A program made the translations under genes and the position numbers. DNA of 64,000 nt from the NCBI RefSeq assembly GCF_018350175.1, contig NC_058368.1, positions 5,394,001-5,458,000 on the forward strand, given 5' to 3'. Source of the stretch: Felis catus. Lineage: Eukaryota. How positions within the stretch are numbered: the first letter of the stretch is position 1; every line of letters begins with the position of its first letter. Below the pieces are notes generated by a model, which was not told where the DNA came from, ran no database searches, and saw only the letters and a list, made by a program, of their open reading frames with translations. Shown here piece after piece: positions 26,907-40,396 of this stretch.

Positions 26907-27479
26907 CACTTAACTGTATTTTTCCAGTTAAAGGTGTATTTTGTTGTTCCAGCAACAATCACGCAGCAACCTTTTCTTTTACTGCCGGTGGAGAGTCCTC
27001 CCTGCCGTGTGTTCAACTCCAGGGTATCCGCGGACTGTCTCCGGGCTCTGCAGTGTGACCTTATTAACATCACAGACTAAGGGAGGGTAGCTATAGAATA
27101 TGTTCGCCTGTCAGGTGAGGCTGCTCTTCCCTACTCTTATTTTTAAAAAAACATTTCTCATCTCTCAGAGTATGTCGTATGCGTTCCCATTTCAACACGC
27201 CATTCAAAACGGGGTCTGTTACACATTTTCACCTTTTTCGCGTACTTTCCATCCCTTTCTTGTTCAGATGACGTCTTCTGTGTGTGCATTTTCGTTGTCA
27301 GGGAATTTTCTTTCGTTTTTCTCTTCGAGTTTGTGAAAAGAATGGCACTTTCTTGATTTTTCCCTGGCTGTCACCGGTGCCTAGGAAAGCTGTCGATTCT
27401 CGTTTTCGGTAGAGTGGTGCATTTGGGCTCCATTAGACTTCTTCCAGTTCCTGAACTGAGCCGCTTGTCCTTTAATTGG

Positions 27480-27821
27480 GCTGCTGTTCCTTCTCTACGT
27501 GGTCCTCTCCACTGCCTCGCCCACTCTCACTCCTGACTATTCCCCACGCTCCTGATTTCAGCTGCACTGTCATTCCACCAAGATGTCGTCTTGGAGCCTC
27601 TCACTAGGTTCTGTGCTCTGCCGTATACTTCGTAACGACAGCCCGTTTTCCATCCCGATGGCTTCTTTCAGTGTGACTGCTTACCTGGTGTCGCTTATCC
27701 CTGCCTGCCTGTAAACTCCTTGGGGGCCAGGGACATTCTGGTCGTTTTGCTGCTGTCTCCCAATATGTAGTGCATGGCACACAGTGGGCACTCGAAACAT
27801 TGGTTAAATTAATGCATGAAT
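27480..27821 (+). mobile_element. LINE-2 3' end
   Basis: tgtaaactccttgggggccaggga...tggcacacagtgggcactcgaaacattggttaaattaatgcatgaat, the canonical L2 3' terminus pattern. Confidence 0.75.
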
Positions 27822-29449
27822 CTATGTTTTAGCAGCATCCGTTGGGCAGTGTGGAGACTGTGGTGGAAGAGGAGAATGTTAAGAGGCCCAGAAAGGTCCG
27901 TTGCGGTTTTCCAGGCAGAGGAGAGTAGGAACTTTAGGTTGACTTACCAGGGATGGAGAATAAGGATTAGATTTCCGAGCGAAGAGGTGTGATTGACATT
28001 ATTTCGGTGCCAGTTAGATGCAGGTGTAGGAGAGCAAGCTGGGTGGATTGAGGCACCTGCGGAGAAGCTGGCCTTGGGAAGAAGCTGGGGAGAGGTGGTG
28101 ATACTTGCTTTCTCCCTATAGCCCCTGAAGATAAGGCACGAAGGGCCACGCTTTGGAAATGATTGTTTCCCTTAAAACCTAACAAAATGGTTTTGGGCTA
28201 CAAATGGAGAGCGTTTCTATTTTCCTTATTTGTGCTCTCTAGTGAATTGCTTTTAAAGACCGTGACATATTTTGAAAATAGTTCTTATGATGTTAAGCCG
28301 CGGCACTGCATCATTAGGCTGTCTTTTGTCCTTACGAGGTGGAAAATGTGGAAATTCCATCTCCAGACCCCAGCTAATGTGTGGTTTCCTTTTGCATGGA
28401 CAGATCTTTGAAGGAGGGAGCCTGGATCTGCCCCTCGTCTGTGCCCATGGCTCGTAGGCATAGGAGGCTGCCTCTCTCTTCCTTGTCTTTCTCACTGGGG
28501 TCCACTTGTAGGTCTCTCTTCAAGTGACATTGTGCAGGTGGCTCACTGAAATCCTCATCAGTGATGTGGTTTCGGCGATGCTATGACCCTGAGAAGTTTT
28601 CAACAGGTAGCTGCTCTATTTAGGGTACCTTTTTGCACCCTGCTGTGTTCAAGAGAAGCCTCCAACATTGGCACCAGGTTCAGCATTATGTTAATCGCCT
28701 GGTTGACGGAGGGTAACGTAAATGGGTGAAAGAAGGCCAGGACTGACCTCTCGGCGAACCTAAGTGTTTTACTGCTGGTGTCTGAGGTGGGGGACGACTT
28801 GGAAAAGCCTTACATTCTGCATCGGTGAAGGGTGCTGTCACCAGTGACGCATCTAATTTCCTGGCTTCCCCAACAGAGTTCTCAACATCATTAGAATATT
28901 ACTGTTGCAGTTGACATCGTCAGGGCCAGAGATGGGAGATAGTGACATTTTGCAGTTGTTGAAATGCCCCCCTCACCCCCGACTGAGATGTCCTTCATGG
29001 TGGAGAGGGAGAGACACATCTGGGGAGTGGCCGAGCAGCTGTCAGATCTTCCTAACTGGGAAGAGATCACTTAGATTCCTTGCAGCAGCATCATATTACT
29101 TCCCAAGTTCATGGCCCCAAACACATCACTAAGGGAAATAATCAGCCATTAGATCTTGCAGCATAATTATGTATCCATTTTGTTTGTAGTTTGAATGAAT
29201 CCTTGCTAAGCTTTATTGTGGCGGAGGTGGTATGCACCCTGTGTAATTTGTTTTTGTTCTAGAAATACTTGTGTACGGACGGGCAAGATGAATTGGGAGT
29301 GCCAGCCATTTTGCCAGCTCGTCGGATGTCACTGTTTAGGTCACTCGATGTCAGGGGATGTTATAAACAGGCTCTTCTTTCCAAATGCAACACCACTTGC
29401 TATTTCTAAGAGGCTACCAACGAATGGATTAGGAAATAGCAGGAAATCA

Positions 29450-29669
29450 TAGGCAGAGTCAGTGCCTGGGTTGAAATCCTGACTCCGTCCTGTGTAGGCT
29501 AGGGGCCCATTACTTAAGTGGTCAGTGCCTCAGTTTCCTTTTTTTGTAAAATGGGGCTAATAGTGGTACTGCAGGAAGGTTATGAGGACTAAATAGGTTC
29601 ACGCACAGAAAAGCCTGAAGAATCGTATCTGGTAAAGCGTAAACACTGAAATGTTGGCTTACGTTATTA
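29450..29669 (+). mobile_element. MIR
   Basis: cctgggttgaaatcctgactcc...gtgcctcagtttcc...tgtaaaatggggctaatagt...gttatgaggactaaa (MIR core). Confidence 0.85.
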
Positions 29670-30656
29670 GGAAGTCATTTCTAAAATGTAGCTCTCACTT
29701 AGTGACCAGAATGCTAACTTAAATGATTCTTAGTGAATTGTACGATTTAAATTTTGATTATTTTTTTTCATTAAAAGTCCTAGTGGATTCATATCACTAA
29801 AATCCATAATCTTTTACATTTGTTACATTCTGTTACGTTAATTGAGGCTATCAGGTGTCCAAAGAGGTCGGAGGAAAGCTTAGAGGAGCTAAACTTGCTT
29901 TTTAACCCCAGAGAGCCATGTAGAGTGAACCGAGGGCTGATCTTTGGCATTCGGGTCAGGAAAGCAGGGTCTGAACACAAGAGGAGGAAATAAATGCTTC
30001 TCTTCCAGTTGCTTGGACTGGAGACGCGTGGGGTGCTGAGAACCAGTGAGTCTCAGAAGCATCACGATTTAATGAGGACACAGCAAGACACCAGAGAATC
30101 CTGTCCCTCCCATCCTAGAAACTGCCCTTGTGCCGCAGCGTCCCCTTCTGTAAAGTGGGAGTTTTCATGCTCGGAGGGCCGCCACGGTGAGATGGGCAAA
30201 GTCCGTGACTGCCGTGGGCCAGGACAGGAGAAGACAGAAATCCAGATTTTTACATAAGAGCTCAGATCTTGACATGTTGAAAAGTAATGTTTTAAGGGTT
30301 TGGTGCGGCCCAAATAAGTCCTGTCTTTAGCTCAGACCCAGGCTTAAGGCCGCGAGTTTTCCATCTCTGAAATGAGAACAAATTGCTGGTTTTACGTGTG
30401 GCACACCAGTTTATTGAAGATAACAGGTCATTTTACTAGAATCTTTGAGTAAAATGATATCTGATGGACTAGCTGAGATTGTTACACGATGCCTGGTTTC
30501 GGTTATTTGGGACATACCTATCGTGTGAGTCGGTACTTAATTCAGGTAATACGTTCTCCTTAGAGTGTGCAGTTGCTGCATGTAAAACTTGGCCCAGAAG
30601 CTGCAGATTGCCGTCCCGTAAAATATTAACTTTTGCCTCTTAGGTCCCATTAGTAG

Positions 30657-30878
30657 TTTTTTTTTATTTTTTTAACGTTCATTTATTTTTGAGAGAGAGA
30701 ATGAGAGAACGCGTGCAGGTGGGCAGGGGCGGGGGAGGGCAGAGAGGGAGGGAGAGAGGCGCCGCCGAGCAACGTGCTGACAACAATGAGCCCAGCGCGG
30801 GGCTCAAACTCGTGAACCGCGAGATCATGACCTGAGCTGAAGTCGGGTGCTCCACTGACTGAGCCACCCAGGCGCCCC
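30657..30878 (-). mobile_element. CAN-SINE
   Basis: Antisense body ending gagccacccaggcgcccc. Confidence 0.95.
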
Positions 30879-32699
30879 TGGGTTCTATGAATTTGATAAA
30901 GGAAACATTGCTTCTGGTTCTTCTGTTCTTTCACGTGTAAGTGACAGTGTCATCTCCTAAAGAACGTGCGTTTTAGGGCTCGGAGTCTGGAGTGCGGGAA
31001 GCTTCAGGAACCAGAGACAGCAGAGTGTGTTGGACCGCTGGCACCCAGCCCCCCGGTAGGATGTGCCTGGTATCTTCCACGTGGGTGCGAGTCGGTGCAA
31101 CTGTGAGTGGCTGTCTCAGCCGACGGCTTTGTGGTGTTTGTAGCAGATGCCCTACGTCGTGTTACTTGGAGAAGTTCTAAGGATTTGCAAGTTTACCACA
31201 TAGGCAGATACACATCCAGAATTACCTGTGTCCAAACAAAACGACCAGACATTCGCCTTTCCCAGCTGACGTGTGTGACTGCTGCTGCTTTAGCCATTAA
31301 CGATTTAGCTGTAGTTTGGTCTTCCCATTTTCTGGATAAGATTCCCAAGACACCCAGTCACAGGTTTCACCGCTTCCGGACAGTTCCCAGTCCAGAGCAG
31401 ATCCTGCTTCCGTGAACCTTTCTAAAATCACGTAACAGAAGCCAAATCTGGAACGGGGCACCCCACAGCCCTCCACAGCCTGCTTCTCTGATTGCATCAA
31501 GCCAGTAAACCCCAGTGTGGTTCTGCCGGTCTGTCCCAGTGGGCATTGAAACCTACGTAAGATCTCATGATAGTATCATGCAGGTATTTACTTTTTGGTA
31601 CTTGTGAAAATCAAAGGCAGAAGACGTAGGAAAGTTTGTAAAGGAAAGTTAATGTTACAGGCTGAATGATCCATTTGCATAAAAGCTGTTTTACAGACTG
31701 TCTCCCTTTCAAGGTTGGGTATGTGGCTCTGCTAAGGCGTATGGGAAAGCCGGTCGGTGTCTACGGGCAGAGGTCACGTGATTCGCTATGGCTGTTGCAG
31801 GTAGGAGGAGGGCATGACCTTCTGAAACCTAGTTAGAAGAAGCTCTTTCTAAAAGCTGTAGATTGTGCTGATTATGATCCTCAGCAGGCTTCAACCTGCT
31901 GTCCGAGTCTGGAACTGTAGACAAATTAAGATCAACAAACATTCTGAGGTCAAGTTTCATTTAATTAGAGTTTGCTGCCAAGTCATGGTTTGGAGCCCAG
32001 CCTCCGAGCCAGGTGCCTTTTGACTGTCTTCAGTCTGAGCCTCGGAGAACCCACAAGGAGGCTTTGCTTTTTCTCCGGGCCAGCTCCCTATCAGGCCAAA
32101 TCCCAGGGGCTTGCCCAGGGATAAGCTGTCTCTCTGCCTCTGGGTATAGAATGCTTTGCTGCTAATGCACGAAGGCAACACAGAGCACACGAGGCAATAG
32201 AAGTGGGTTCCGATTTGGTAGGCTTCTCCTAAAACCGAGAAAAAGGATTTCTGGTCCTTTCTCGGGGCAGTTTAAAAAGAAAAATAAGCTGACTTTTAGT
32301 TTTTCAGGTCACTTTTCGAGGAAACGTGCAGAATTCTCTCTCAGGCACTGTTATCTCCCTTTGTGAGGCAAACAGGAAGCTTTCCCTTGCCAGCTTTATT
32401 ATGTCATTGAATTAATAATGTTGTAAAGACTAGATCAGAAGTCAATTTGGCAGCTGTGCCTTTAGGGAAATTTTTGGAAGAGTGACCTTCCATTTTTAAT
32501 AAGCATGTTATTACATTTAGAATTAAATTACCGAGAGCCAAGCTACCCTCTTGAATTTGCTATTAGCCATTTTTTCCCTTTTATTTTTAATGAACTAGAA
32601 CAAGTTGAAGCCAGTCGTTTCTAACAGTATGCAGTAAGAAAGGAACTCTGCATCTTTTACTATCAGGCCCTTTATTTTAGGCAAGTTTTCCTTCTCTAA

Positions 32700-33290
32700 A
32701 TGTTGGGATTTTAAGTCTCCTACAAGGCATCAAGTTCTTTTTTTTTCTCAACGTGGAATGGGAAGACTTGGTACGTTACTTTTACAAATGGGTGCTTCCT
32801 CGTGCTTGAGTTTTCTTCCCTAGAGTGAAACCTACAATCTTCCTTGAAGTTGTGTGATTCTAAACTTCACGCAGAAAATAAACGGACCAGGACGTCTAGT
32901 AGTGTATGCTGTAACAACAGATCTGGGGAAGAGGTTTAGCCCATCAGATACTAGAACCTAAAACGTTAGTCCTCAAGGCGATACAGTGCTGGGCTGACGT
33001 AAAATTGTAGAAACCCAGAGGGCGGTTGAGAATCACTAGCTAGCAAATTTGGTCTCTTTTATTTTCAAATAATACTCCTGAGCAAGCCCTAAGAATTGCT
33101 CCTGAATGATGTCGGCATAGATAAATGGCAATTGGGAGCCGGAATTTAGAAACCTAAACCAAATAAAAGGGTACTCCCGATTCACTGAAGGTGACAGATT
33201 CTCAGACTGTAGGAGACATAGTGAAAGAATAAAAAGATACTTTGCTCAGGCATGAAGCCATCAACCAAATCACAGATCCAGAAATGCTCC
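32700..33290 (+). mobile_element. Ancient L1M ORF2 relic
   Basis: ggaatgggaagact..., tgattctaaacttcac, gaggtttagcccatcagatact resemble degraded L1 ORF2 3' half. Confidence 0.5.
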
Positions 33291-33585
33291 CTTGTTGTCA
33301 CAGGGCCTTTTTGAGAGCAGAGCCTGTCGGGTAAGTCCTCTGATTCTGGCACCTGACACACCTACTTCGTAAAAGCCCACGTTTGCTAAGGTAGCTTAAT
33401 GAATGCTGTAAACGAAAACGGCAGTGTATGAACTAGCCTGTGTGGATGTGTCGGCAAATGTACAATTTTTTTTTTTTTTTTAATGTGCTGGGGCGATGAC
33501 ACTATGGGTGCTTTTAAAGAAAAATCCCTTTACTGTATTTTCAGCAAATTGGGGCAAACAGTAAACTTACATGACTAAACCTGCT

Positions 33586-33794
33586 TTTTATTTTATTTTA
33601 TTTATTTACTTTTAAGTTTCTTTATTTTGAGAGAGACAGTGGGGGTGGGGCAGAGTGAGAGGAGGAGAGAGGATCTGAAGCAGACTCCGTGCCATCAGCA
33701 CAGAACCTGACACGGGGCTCGAACTCTTGAACTGTGAGATCATGACCTGAGCTGAAGTCAGACGCTTAACTGTCTGAGCCCCCCCAGGTGTCCC
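33586..33794 (-). mobile_element. CAN-SINE
   Basis: Antisense body with (TTTA)-type tail; flanking acctgctt/acctactt. Confidence 0.93.
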
Positions 33795-34266
33795 ATATAC
33801 CTACTTGTTAGCCGATAGAAAGTCTTTGACCCCAGTGATAAGTATATTACTGTATGTATTTCTCAGGTTGATGCTAACGACCCTATTATAATAATAGACA
33901 TGATTTGTTGAGTGCTTACAACATGCTGGGCACTCCTAAAAGAATGATCTTTCCTCATAGCAAATGTTTGAGATGTATTGCATTTTTTAATATGTGTTAA
34001 CAAGAAATCTGTAATGGTAGCTAATTCGTGTGCATATATGGGCCTGGGAGATACAGGGAGAGTTACCTTTGTATGTATGTATGATTATTTACATTCTTTT
34101 ACTGGAATGTAAATGTCTGGGGGCTTAAGAATATTATGAAACACAGGTTCTCTGACATAGGAGTATAACCTGGCCCACCTATCAGATACTGACTCTAGGA
34201 ACCATGTGTTTCTATCCTCTTTCTGAAAAAATCTGTCTGGGGGCTACCCCTACCTAGTTTAGGTAC

Positions 34267-34540
34267 TATAGATAGATAGATAGATAGATATAGATATATA
34301 TATGTGTGTGTGTGTGTGTGTATATTACATATAATATATAATATAGTATTCATTATATATGTAATATAGTATATATTATATAATATATAGTGTATATTAT
34401 ATATAATATAATGTATACATATAACATATAGTGTATATATTATATGTAATTTTTATTACATTATATATATCTTATACTATATTAAATATATACTTAAATA
34501 TATACTATATTAAATATAGTATATAATATACTATATTAAA
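34267..34540. repeat. Compound microsatellite: (GATA)n, (TA)n, (TG)n and AT-rich low-complexity tract
   Basis: Directly visible; abuts the tail end of the antisense L1 fragment at 34542. Confidence 0.95.
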
Positions 34541-34541
34541 G

Positions 34542-34761
34542 TTTTTATTTAAATTCCAATCAGTTAACAGTCAGTGTAATGTTAGTTTCAGGCGTACAAT
34601 ATAGTGATTCAATACTTCCCTATAGTACCTGGTGCTCATCACCACAAGTATACCCCTTAATCCCCATCACCTGTTTAACCCTTCACCCCACCCACCTCCC
34701 CTCTGGTAACTATCAGTTTATTCTCTATAGTTAAAGTCTGTTTCTTGATTTGCCTCCCTCT
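34542..34761 (-). mobile_element. Carnivore L1 3' UTR fragment
   Basis: Reverse complement closely resembles the 3' UTR of the L1 at 12340-12565 (gttaaca..gtgtaatgttagtttcagg.gtacaatatagtgattcaa; ggtgctcatc; ccttaatccccatcacctg). Confidence 0.92.
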
Positions 34762-35384
34762 GTGGGTTTTTTGTTTTTGTTTTCGTTTATTGGTCTTTTG
34801 GTCCTGGTTAGGACAGATACACAATTTTTGGTTTTGACTATAATGACTCACAGATCACTGAGTGGAACCTAAGATTTTTCTCTTGCTCATTTGCTTGTGA
34901 TCTATCAATTACACACGAAATAAAGTGAAGTTTGCTTTAAGAAAAGAGTGGGGAAAATGATTAGGAACGTGAGCAGGATTAAATCCCTTTGCATAGCTCT
35001 GGAGAGACCATCTTTCCTTGTATCACTTGTGTAAAGCAAAATTTGAAAGATGTGAGATCTAGTATCTGAAACACGCATGGGCGGGGGGGGGGGCCTACCT
35101 CCAGTGCTTTATTTCTAACACCCGGATGGGCATTGAAATTTGATTTAGTGCGTCCTGTTGCATTCTGTAGGGGTGATGAGTCACTTAGTTGTTTGTTTAA
35201 AGATAATTAAAAAAATAGGGCAGCCGATGTTAAAGTGAAAAGAAAGGATTAAATGCTAATTGGAATGATTGTGTGACGCCGTGGTTTACATGCATGGCAT
35301 CGTGTATTTGATGGGTGGGGAGAGCGAGTGCAAACAGTGAGGATTGTGTACTTTGAGCACTTGTTTCCAGGACACTTGAGGCCA

Positions 35385-35625
35385 GAGGGTAGTGGTTAAC
35401 ACAAGAATTCCGAGGTCAGACTGCTTGCATTTGAACCCTGGTTCTGTTGCTCCCTCGCTCTGTGACCCGGGGCCAATCATTTAAACTCCGTGCCTAGGCT
35501 TTCCTGTAAAATGGTGTTGTGAATAACACCCACCCCATAGGATTATCGTGAGGATTAAATGAGTTCAGATATGCACATTCCTTAGAAGAATGCATAGCAT
35601 ATTGTACAGACTATGTTTACCATTA
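35385..35625 (+). mobile_element. MIR, near full length
   Basis: gtagtggttaa...agactgc..tttgaaccctggttctg...ctgtgacc...ctgtaaaatgg...ataggattatcgtgaggattaaatgag. Confidence 0.88.
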
Positions 35626-36414
35626 CTTGCTATGGTTAATGGACAAAGGTTTACTAGGATACAGAGGAGGTTCACAGCATCAGAGGTGAAGTTATTTTGG
35701 GGTTGCATCCTTGGCAAAGTTTAGTAGGTGCCCCAAGATGGTGCCTCGTTTTTTAGAAAGAATTTATAGGCCTAGCATGTGATTGATTTAAGCCTCAGTG
35801 CTGACTGACTCTCTATGGGATCTTGATACCCTGATTAACTTCATTGTTTTCCAGCTATACCTCTTGAACTTTTTTTTTTCCTTTTTTTTTTTTACTGCAC
35901 AGGAGAGAGGTCTTGCTAATGTTTAGGTTCTTAGGTATAAAAATAGAACATTCTTGAGATGGTCTGCGTAACTGACGAAAACCTGACTGGAAATTAACCA
36001 CTGCAGAGCCACTGCGACTCGAACGATTATTCTGGGAAGCATGAGTTCACAATATAGAGTGAATTAGTGATTAATCTAATCTGGAAAAAAAAAATGAGCC
36101 CTTGACAACAAATAAACCTTACACATCAAGGTAGTTAACATGTAGTTGTCTTTAGGCTGCAAATGCCTCTTAAAACTATCAGCAGATCTGACAAGATGCC
36201 CTTAAAAATCTTAGAGAAACCTGGGTCTGTGCTGAGGTTGTATTCTGGTGCAGTGTAATATTTGCACGTAACATCCTTTTATACTACAGAAGAAAATCCT
36301 TATACATAGATACTAGCTTTTTTCCAAGCACCCTGTCGGTGAACAGAGGGCAGCAGACCAAATACAAAGGAAAAGAGGTCATCTGAGAACTGAAACAGCA
36401 GGCAGAGAGCGAGG

Positions 36415-36620
36415 TGGACATTGACCTGCTTCCGTCGGCTTGTGCTTTGTGCTGGGTGCTGTTAGACAGTCATCCCAGTGAATGCGCACACGCATCCAAA
36501 ATAGGATGTGGTGGCTCCGTTTGGCTTGCTGAAGACATCGAGGCTCAGAGGACGTAAGAATCTTGGCCAAGATCACAAGCACAGAAATGGCAGAGCCAGG
36601 ATTCAAATTCAGCTGCAAGG
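36415..36620 (-). mobile_element. MIR
   Basis: gaggctcagagg..taagaatcttggccaagatcaca...tggcagagccaggattcaaa. Confidence 0.8.
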
Positions 36621-37653
36621 TTGATGAAGCTCCTGAATGTGTCAAGGCTTAATAACATTCGACTAATGCCTCCAAAAGTTAATTTGGTGCAGGTGGGACT
36701 TTTGCATCAATATTGATTCAGTTTTTTTCTCCCACATCATTTCAGGTTCCTTACATTCATAAAATTTGGATTGAACTTGTTATTCTATTACTGAGCAAGT
36801 CTCATTCTGAGTTTGTAGGTGGGGAGAGGTGTTCTTCAGGTCACTTGAAATGGAGTCACAAGAGTACGAATGTCTCCATTTAACCTCATTACCTGCTGTA
36901 ATATTCAAATAGCCTTGTAATCCACTTTCTTTTATTTTCACTGAAGACAGATTGGGCTACTGGCTTTTACCCCTTAATCCCCAGAGTTGCGTCCTAAATT
37001 CCCTGTTTCAAGATTGCAGACAAGTTTTTTTTTTGTTTTTCCAGTATTAGAATCTTCCTTAATCTAGACCCATTATTTAGTAATATAAAGAGATAAAACA
37101 TCATTTCCCTCGTTATCTGGCAAAAGGACTTTATTGCAACCCACAATGTGCGGAACCAATAGGAACTTTACCTGTTTTCTAGCCCTCTGCTCAAGGTCAA
37201 AAAAACGTTTGGAGGTCTCCTTAAATGGGAATCTTTGCCAACTACAGATGATTTAAAACCTTTGTCAAACCTGTAGCTTTTAGGAATTACCATAGCAGAA
37301 TGAGGTTGGTAAGGGAGGGGGTTTGGATTCTGAAGTTTAATTAGAAATTACAGAAGTTACAAGATGAATGATTAAAATAGTAATTTACTCTCTTGCACGT
37401 TGAATGAAAGGCCTGAAATGCTGATTAGGTGGTAGGAGAGAGTATGAAACTAGATAGAATGGTGGTAGGATTTGAGATTTTATTGTCGCCTTCCTCACCC
37501 CCCCACCTCCAGCAGTGTGGCAGTGGGTCACATGACTCTGCCCTCGAGGTGGGTTGGACCATGAATGCCATCGCCAGGAGGTGTCTATAGTCCTGCCTGC
37601 ATGTGTTCTGACCTAGACCAAGTCAAAGTCAGACTATGCCAACAAGAATGCCT

Positions 37654-37945
37654 GAAGATACAAACTTTCAGTTGCAAGAGTGACTTCTGAGGATCTAATG
37701 TGCAGCACGCGACCGTAGTTCAGATGGTGTTGTATTCTCGAAGGTTGCTGAGACCTTAACCGTTCTGAGCACCCAAAAATACATTAAAAAGTTAACTGTG
37801 TGAGGCGTGATGGATGTGTCAGCTATCTTGATCTTGGCCAATCGCTTTACAGCATGTATCTCTATCAGATCATGTTGTACACTTGAAACATACACAGTTA
37901 TATTTGTCAACTATTCCTCAGTAAAGTTGGGAGAGAATTTTCAAA
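37654..37945 (+). mobile_element. L1MA/L1MB-type 3' end, 5'-truncated
   Basis: tacaaactttcagtt...ggatctaatgtgcagca...gtacacttgaaacatacacagttatatttgtcaactattcctcagtaaagttgg; 10-bp TSD aagaatgcct at 37644-37653 and 37946-37955. Confidence 0.88.
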
Positions 37946-38289
37946 AAGAATGCCTTGAGAAACTGCTCACGACCGAGAGTGCAGTTGCCAGGTGGAGTTG
38001 GAGAGCCAAACAGTTGGGGTCAGTTTGACTACGATGAGTCAAGTGAAGGCGAAAGGCGGGATCCCGTAGATCTAGAAAGGCCTCCAGAGAGAACCAGAAG
38101 CACCCTCAAAGAGCTGTGAAATGTTTGTCCACGTTTCCTGTTGCTGCCGCAAGTTTCTGGCTTCCTGAGGCTTGGTGTTCGTTTTCTCCTGCATATAGTG
38201 ACTGTGCACCCTTTCCTTTGAGGGCGTCTGCTTCTTGGATGGTAGAGAGCCTTTCCTGTGAGGAGAATGATGTCTAAAAAGACGTCTGT

Positions 38290-38507
38290 GGGGCGCCTGG
38301 GTGGCGCAGTCGGTTAAGCGTCCGACTTTCAGCCAGGTCACGATCTCGCGGTCCGGCAGTTCGAGCCCCGCGTCAGGCTCTGGACTGATGGCTCAGAGCC
38401 TGGAGCCTGTTTCCGATTCTGTGTCTCCCTCTCTCTCTGCCCCTCCCCCGTTCGTGCTCTGTCTCTCTCTGTCCCAAAAATAAATAAACGTTGAAAAAAA
38501 ATTTTTT
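38290..38507 (+). mobile_element. Young SINEC_Fc
   Basis: ggggcgcctgggtggcgcagtcggttaagcgtccgact..cagccaggtcacgatctcgcgg, many intact CpGs; perfect 14-bp TSD taaaaagacgtctg at 38275-38288 and 38508-38521. Confidence 0.97.
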
Positions 38508-39829
38508 TAAAAAGACGTCTGCTCTGTGCACTCCAGAAGATCCGCACTTTGGTCTAGAATGTTAGAGAATTAAGAAAATAATTTCCCAAGGCATTAGAGA
38601 CAAGCTAAGGCTGAGAGACGGGAAGTAGCCGGGGCGTGAGTTCCTCCAGAGCTCACGTGTCTAAGGCAGTAGTCCACCACGAAGGCTGCACCCTGGAAGT
38701 CTCTGTGCTCAGCGAGGTGCATCTCTCAGGAGACATAGCACTTTCTCTCTCAGGCCAGGGCAACTGGTTTCTGGTAAGCATTGATTTTGCAAGTTAATAT
38801 CCAACTCTTCAGGATTGTGTCATTATACCTAGAAATTGTGACAGCTCACTCAAATCTTTTGAGTATTTTAGGAAACATAGATCAGAATTGGGGCAACTTA
38901 ACGATTTTTATCAGTCATAGAGATGCTGTGTGCAAACTTTGATTCCCTAGTGTATGACTTTCATTCTGGCCTTAGCAGCACGTGTGAAATGTGGACAGGG
39001 TTCTGGGGCTCATGGGGAGGAACACTAATGTGTTTGCACGGTGGTGCTGATCCGAATTCGTTCATACCTCCTATCATTCAGTCTTGAATTCCAGAAATCG
39101 TGGATTTTAGAGTTGTGTACAATAACCACCTTGGCTAGGTTCTTTAGTCCAGGGCTAGGTTTTTAAGCCTCATATGTTCATAAAATGTGTGACAGAGATT
39201 TTTAAGATTATTAATGGTGTTTCTATCCTTTTTATTGGCCAATGCGAATGGCATCAGGGATTACAAGCCAAACTTATAAAATATTTATCCCAGCCAAGGC
39301 TGGTTTTTGCCTTTATGTTTCCAAATATTGACATGGTAGGACACAAGTCTTAACCTTAGTGGGAAGAGGCTTTTCTTGGCACATTTTAGTTGTCAAATCT
39401 TAAAAACGTTGGTTTGTAAATTAATTATTCCAGGTTAAACTTTGCTATCTGACATATTGGGGTTTATTATAGTAATTATTTGGAATTTGGGCTTAAAAGT
39501 GAGTATTTTCCCTCTTCTCATGTGTAGGTGAAACTCTCAGCCTTTTGATGACACCAAGCTTCAATATGCCAAATGAACATGAATTTTAACTTTGCTTTTA
39601 GGAAGATGAGGGCAAAGGGGTAAAACTTCCAAATGGATTTGCAACTCGATTAAGGCTTTCTGGGTAGACGCAAGGCTGAGATGATTCTAAAACTACTTCT
39701 GGTGTCTCTTTCTGTAGAAAGACCGTTCTGTTCAGTCCGTTCGTACGAGGATTAAGCTTTGGTTGGTTGCTTTTTACTATTGGAAGAATGAAAACAAAAT
39801 TAAAGGTATTTTTCTTTTTCCAGCTGCCT

Positions 39830-40030
39830 TTTTTTTCATTGGGGTGAAATTAACCGTTTTAAAGTGAATAATTCAGTAGTGTTTCATACATTCACAATGT
39901 TGTGCAACCATCACCTCTGTCTAGGTTCAAATTATTTTTATCACCCCAAAATAAAACCCTGTGCTCACTGAGTATTTACTCCCCCACAATTCCCCACCCC
40001 TGACAAACAGCAGTCTGTCTTCTGTCTCTC
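39830..40030 (-). mobile_element. L1MB-type 3' end fragment
   Basis: ttaaccgttttaaagtgaataattcagtagtg...ttcacaatgttgtgcaaccatcacc...tcaccccaaaa. Confidence 0.8.
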
Positions 40031-40100
40031 GTTCACTTAGTAACCAATGCTGCCTTCCTTTGTGTTCGATGTTTTCCTAGTGTACCTTTTTGATCCCATC

Positions 40101-40396
40101 CTTGCTTGGGTCTGAATGTTCGTATCCCCCTTCCCCTGCTCCCCCCTCACCCCCACCCCCTGCTTTCATGTATTGACATGCTAATTCCCAAGGTCATGGT
40201 ATAATGAAGTGGGCCTTTGGGAGGTGATTTGGTCATAAGGATGGAGCCTTCATCATTGGACCCAGAAATCCTCACCCAACAATGTGTGGGCACCCTGACC
40301 TTGGACTTTCAGCTTCCAGAATTGTAATACATTTCTGTTTTTTATGAGCTACTCAGTCAGTGATATTTTGTTTTAGCAGCCTGAACAGACTAAAAC
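40101..40396 (+). mobile_element. MaLR solo LTR (MLT1A/MST-like), internally deleted
   Basis: ggtctgaatgtt...gggcctttgggaggtgatttggtcat...accctgaccttggactttcagcttccagaattgt...ttttgttttagcagcctgaacagactaa; 5-bp TSD ccatc at 40096-40100 and 40397-40401. Confidence 0.9.

Larger units (their letters stand above)
23480..27420 (-). mobile_element. Ancient L1M (L1ME/L1MC-like) relic(s) carrying nested SINEs and MER5
   Basis: T-rich degraded antisense L1 3' UTR/ORF2 (e.g. gatggacatttgggg, ccaactgctctccagagtggctgt; ORF 23837-24274 NNPIGKPAKDINKH); boundaries approximate and possibly composite. Confidence 0.75.

Noticed and set aside
39585..39625. Possible ~18-nt microexon after ttttaactttgcttttag
   Set aside because: The donor context (ggg|gtaaaa) is poor and the peptide is not recognised
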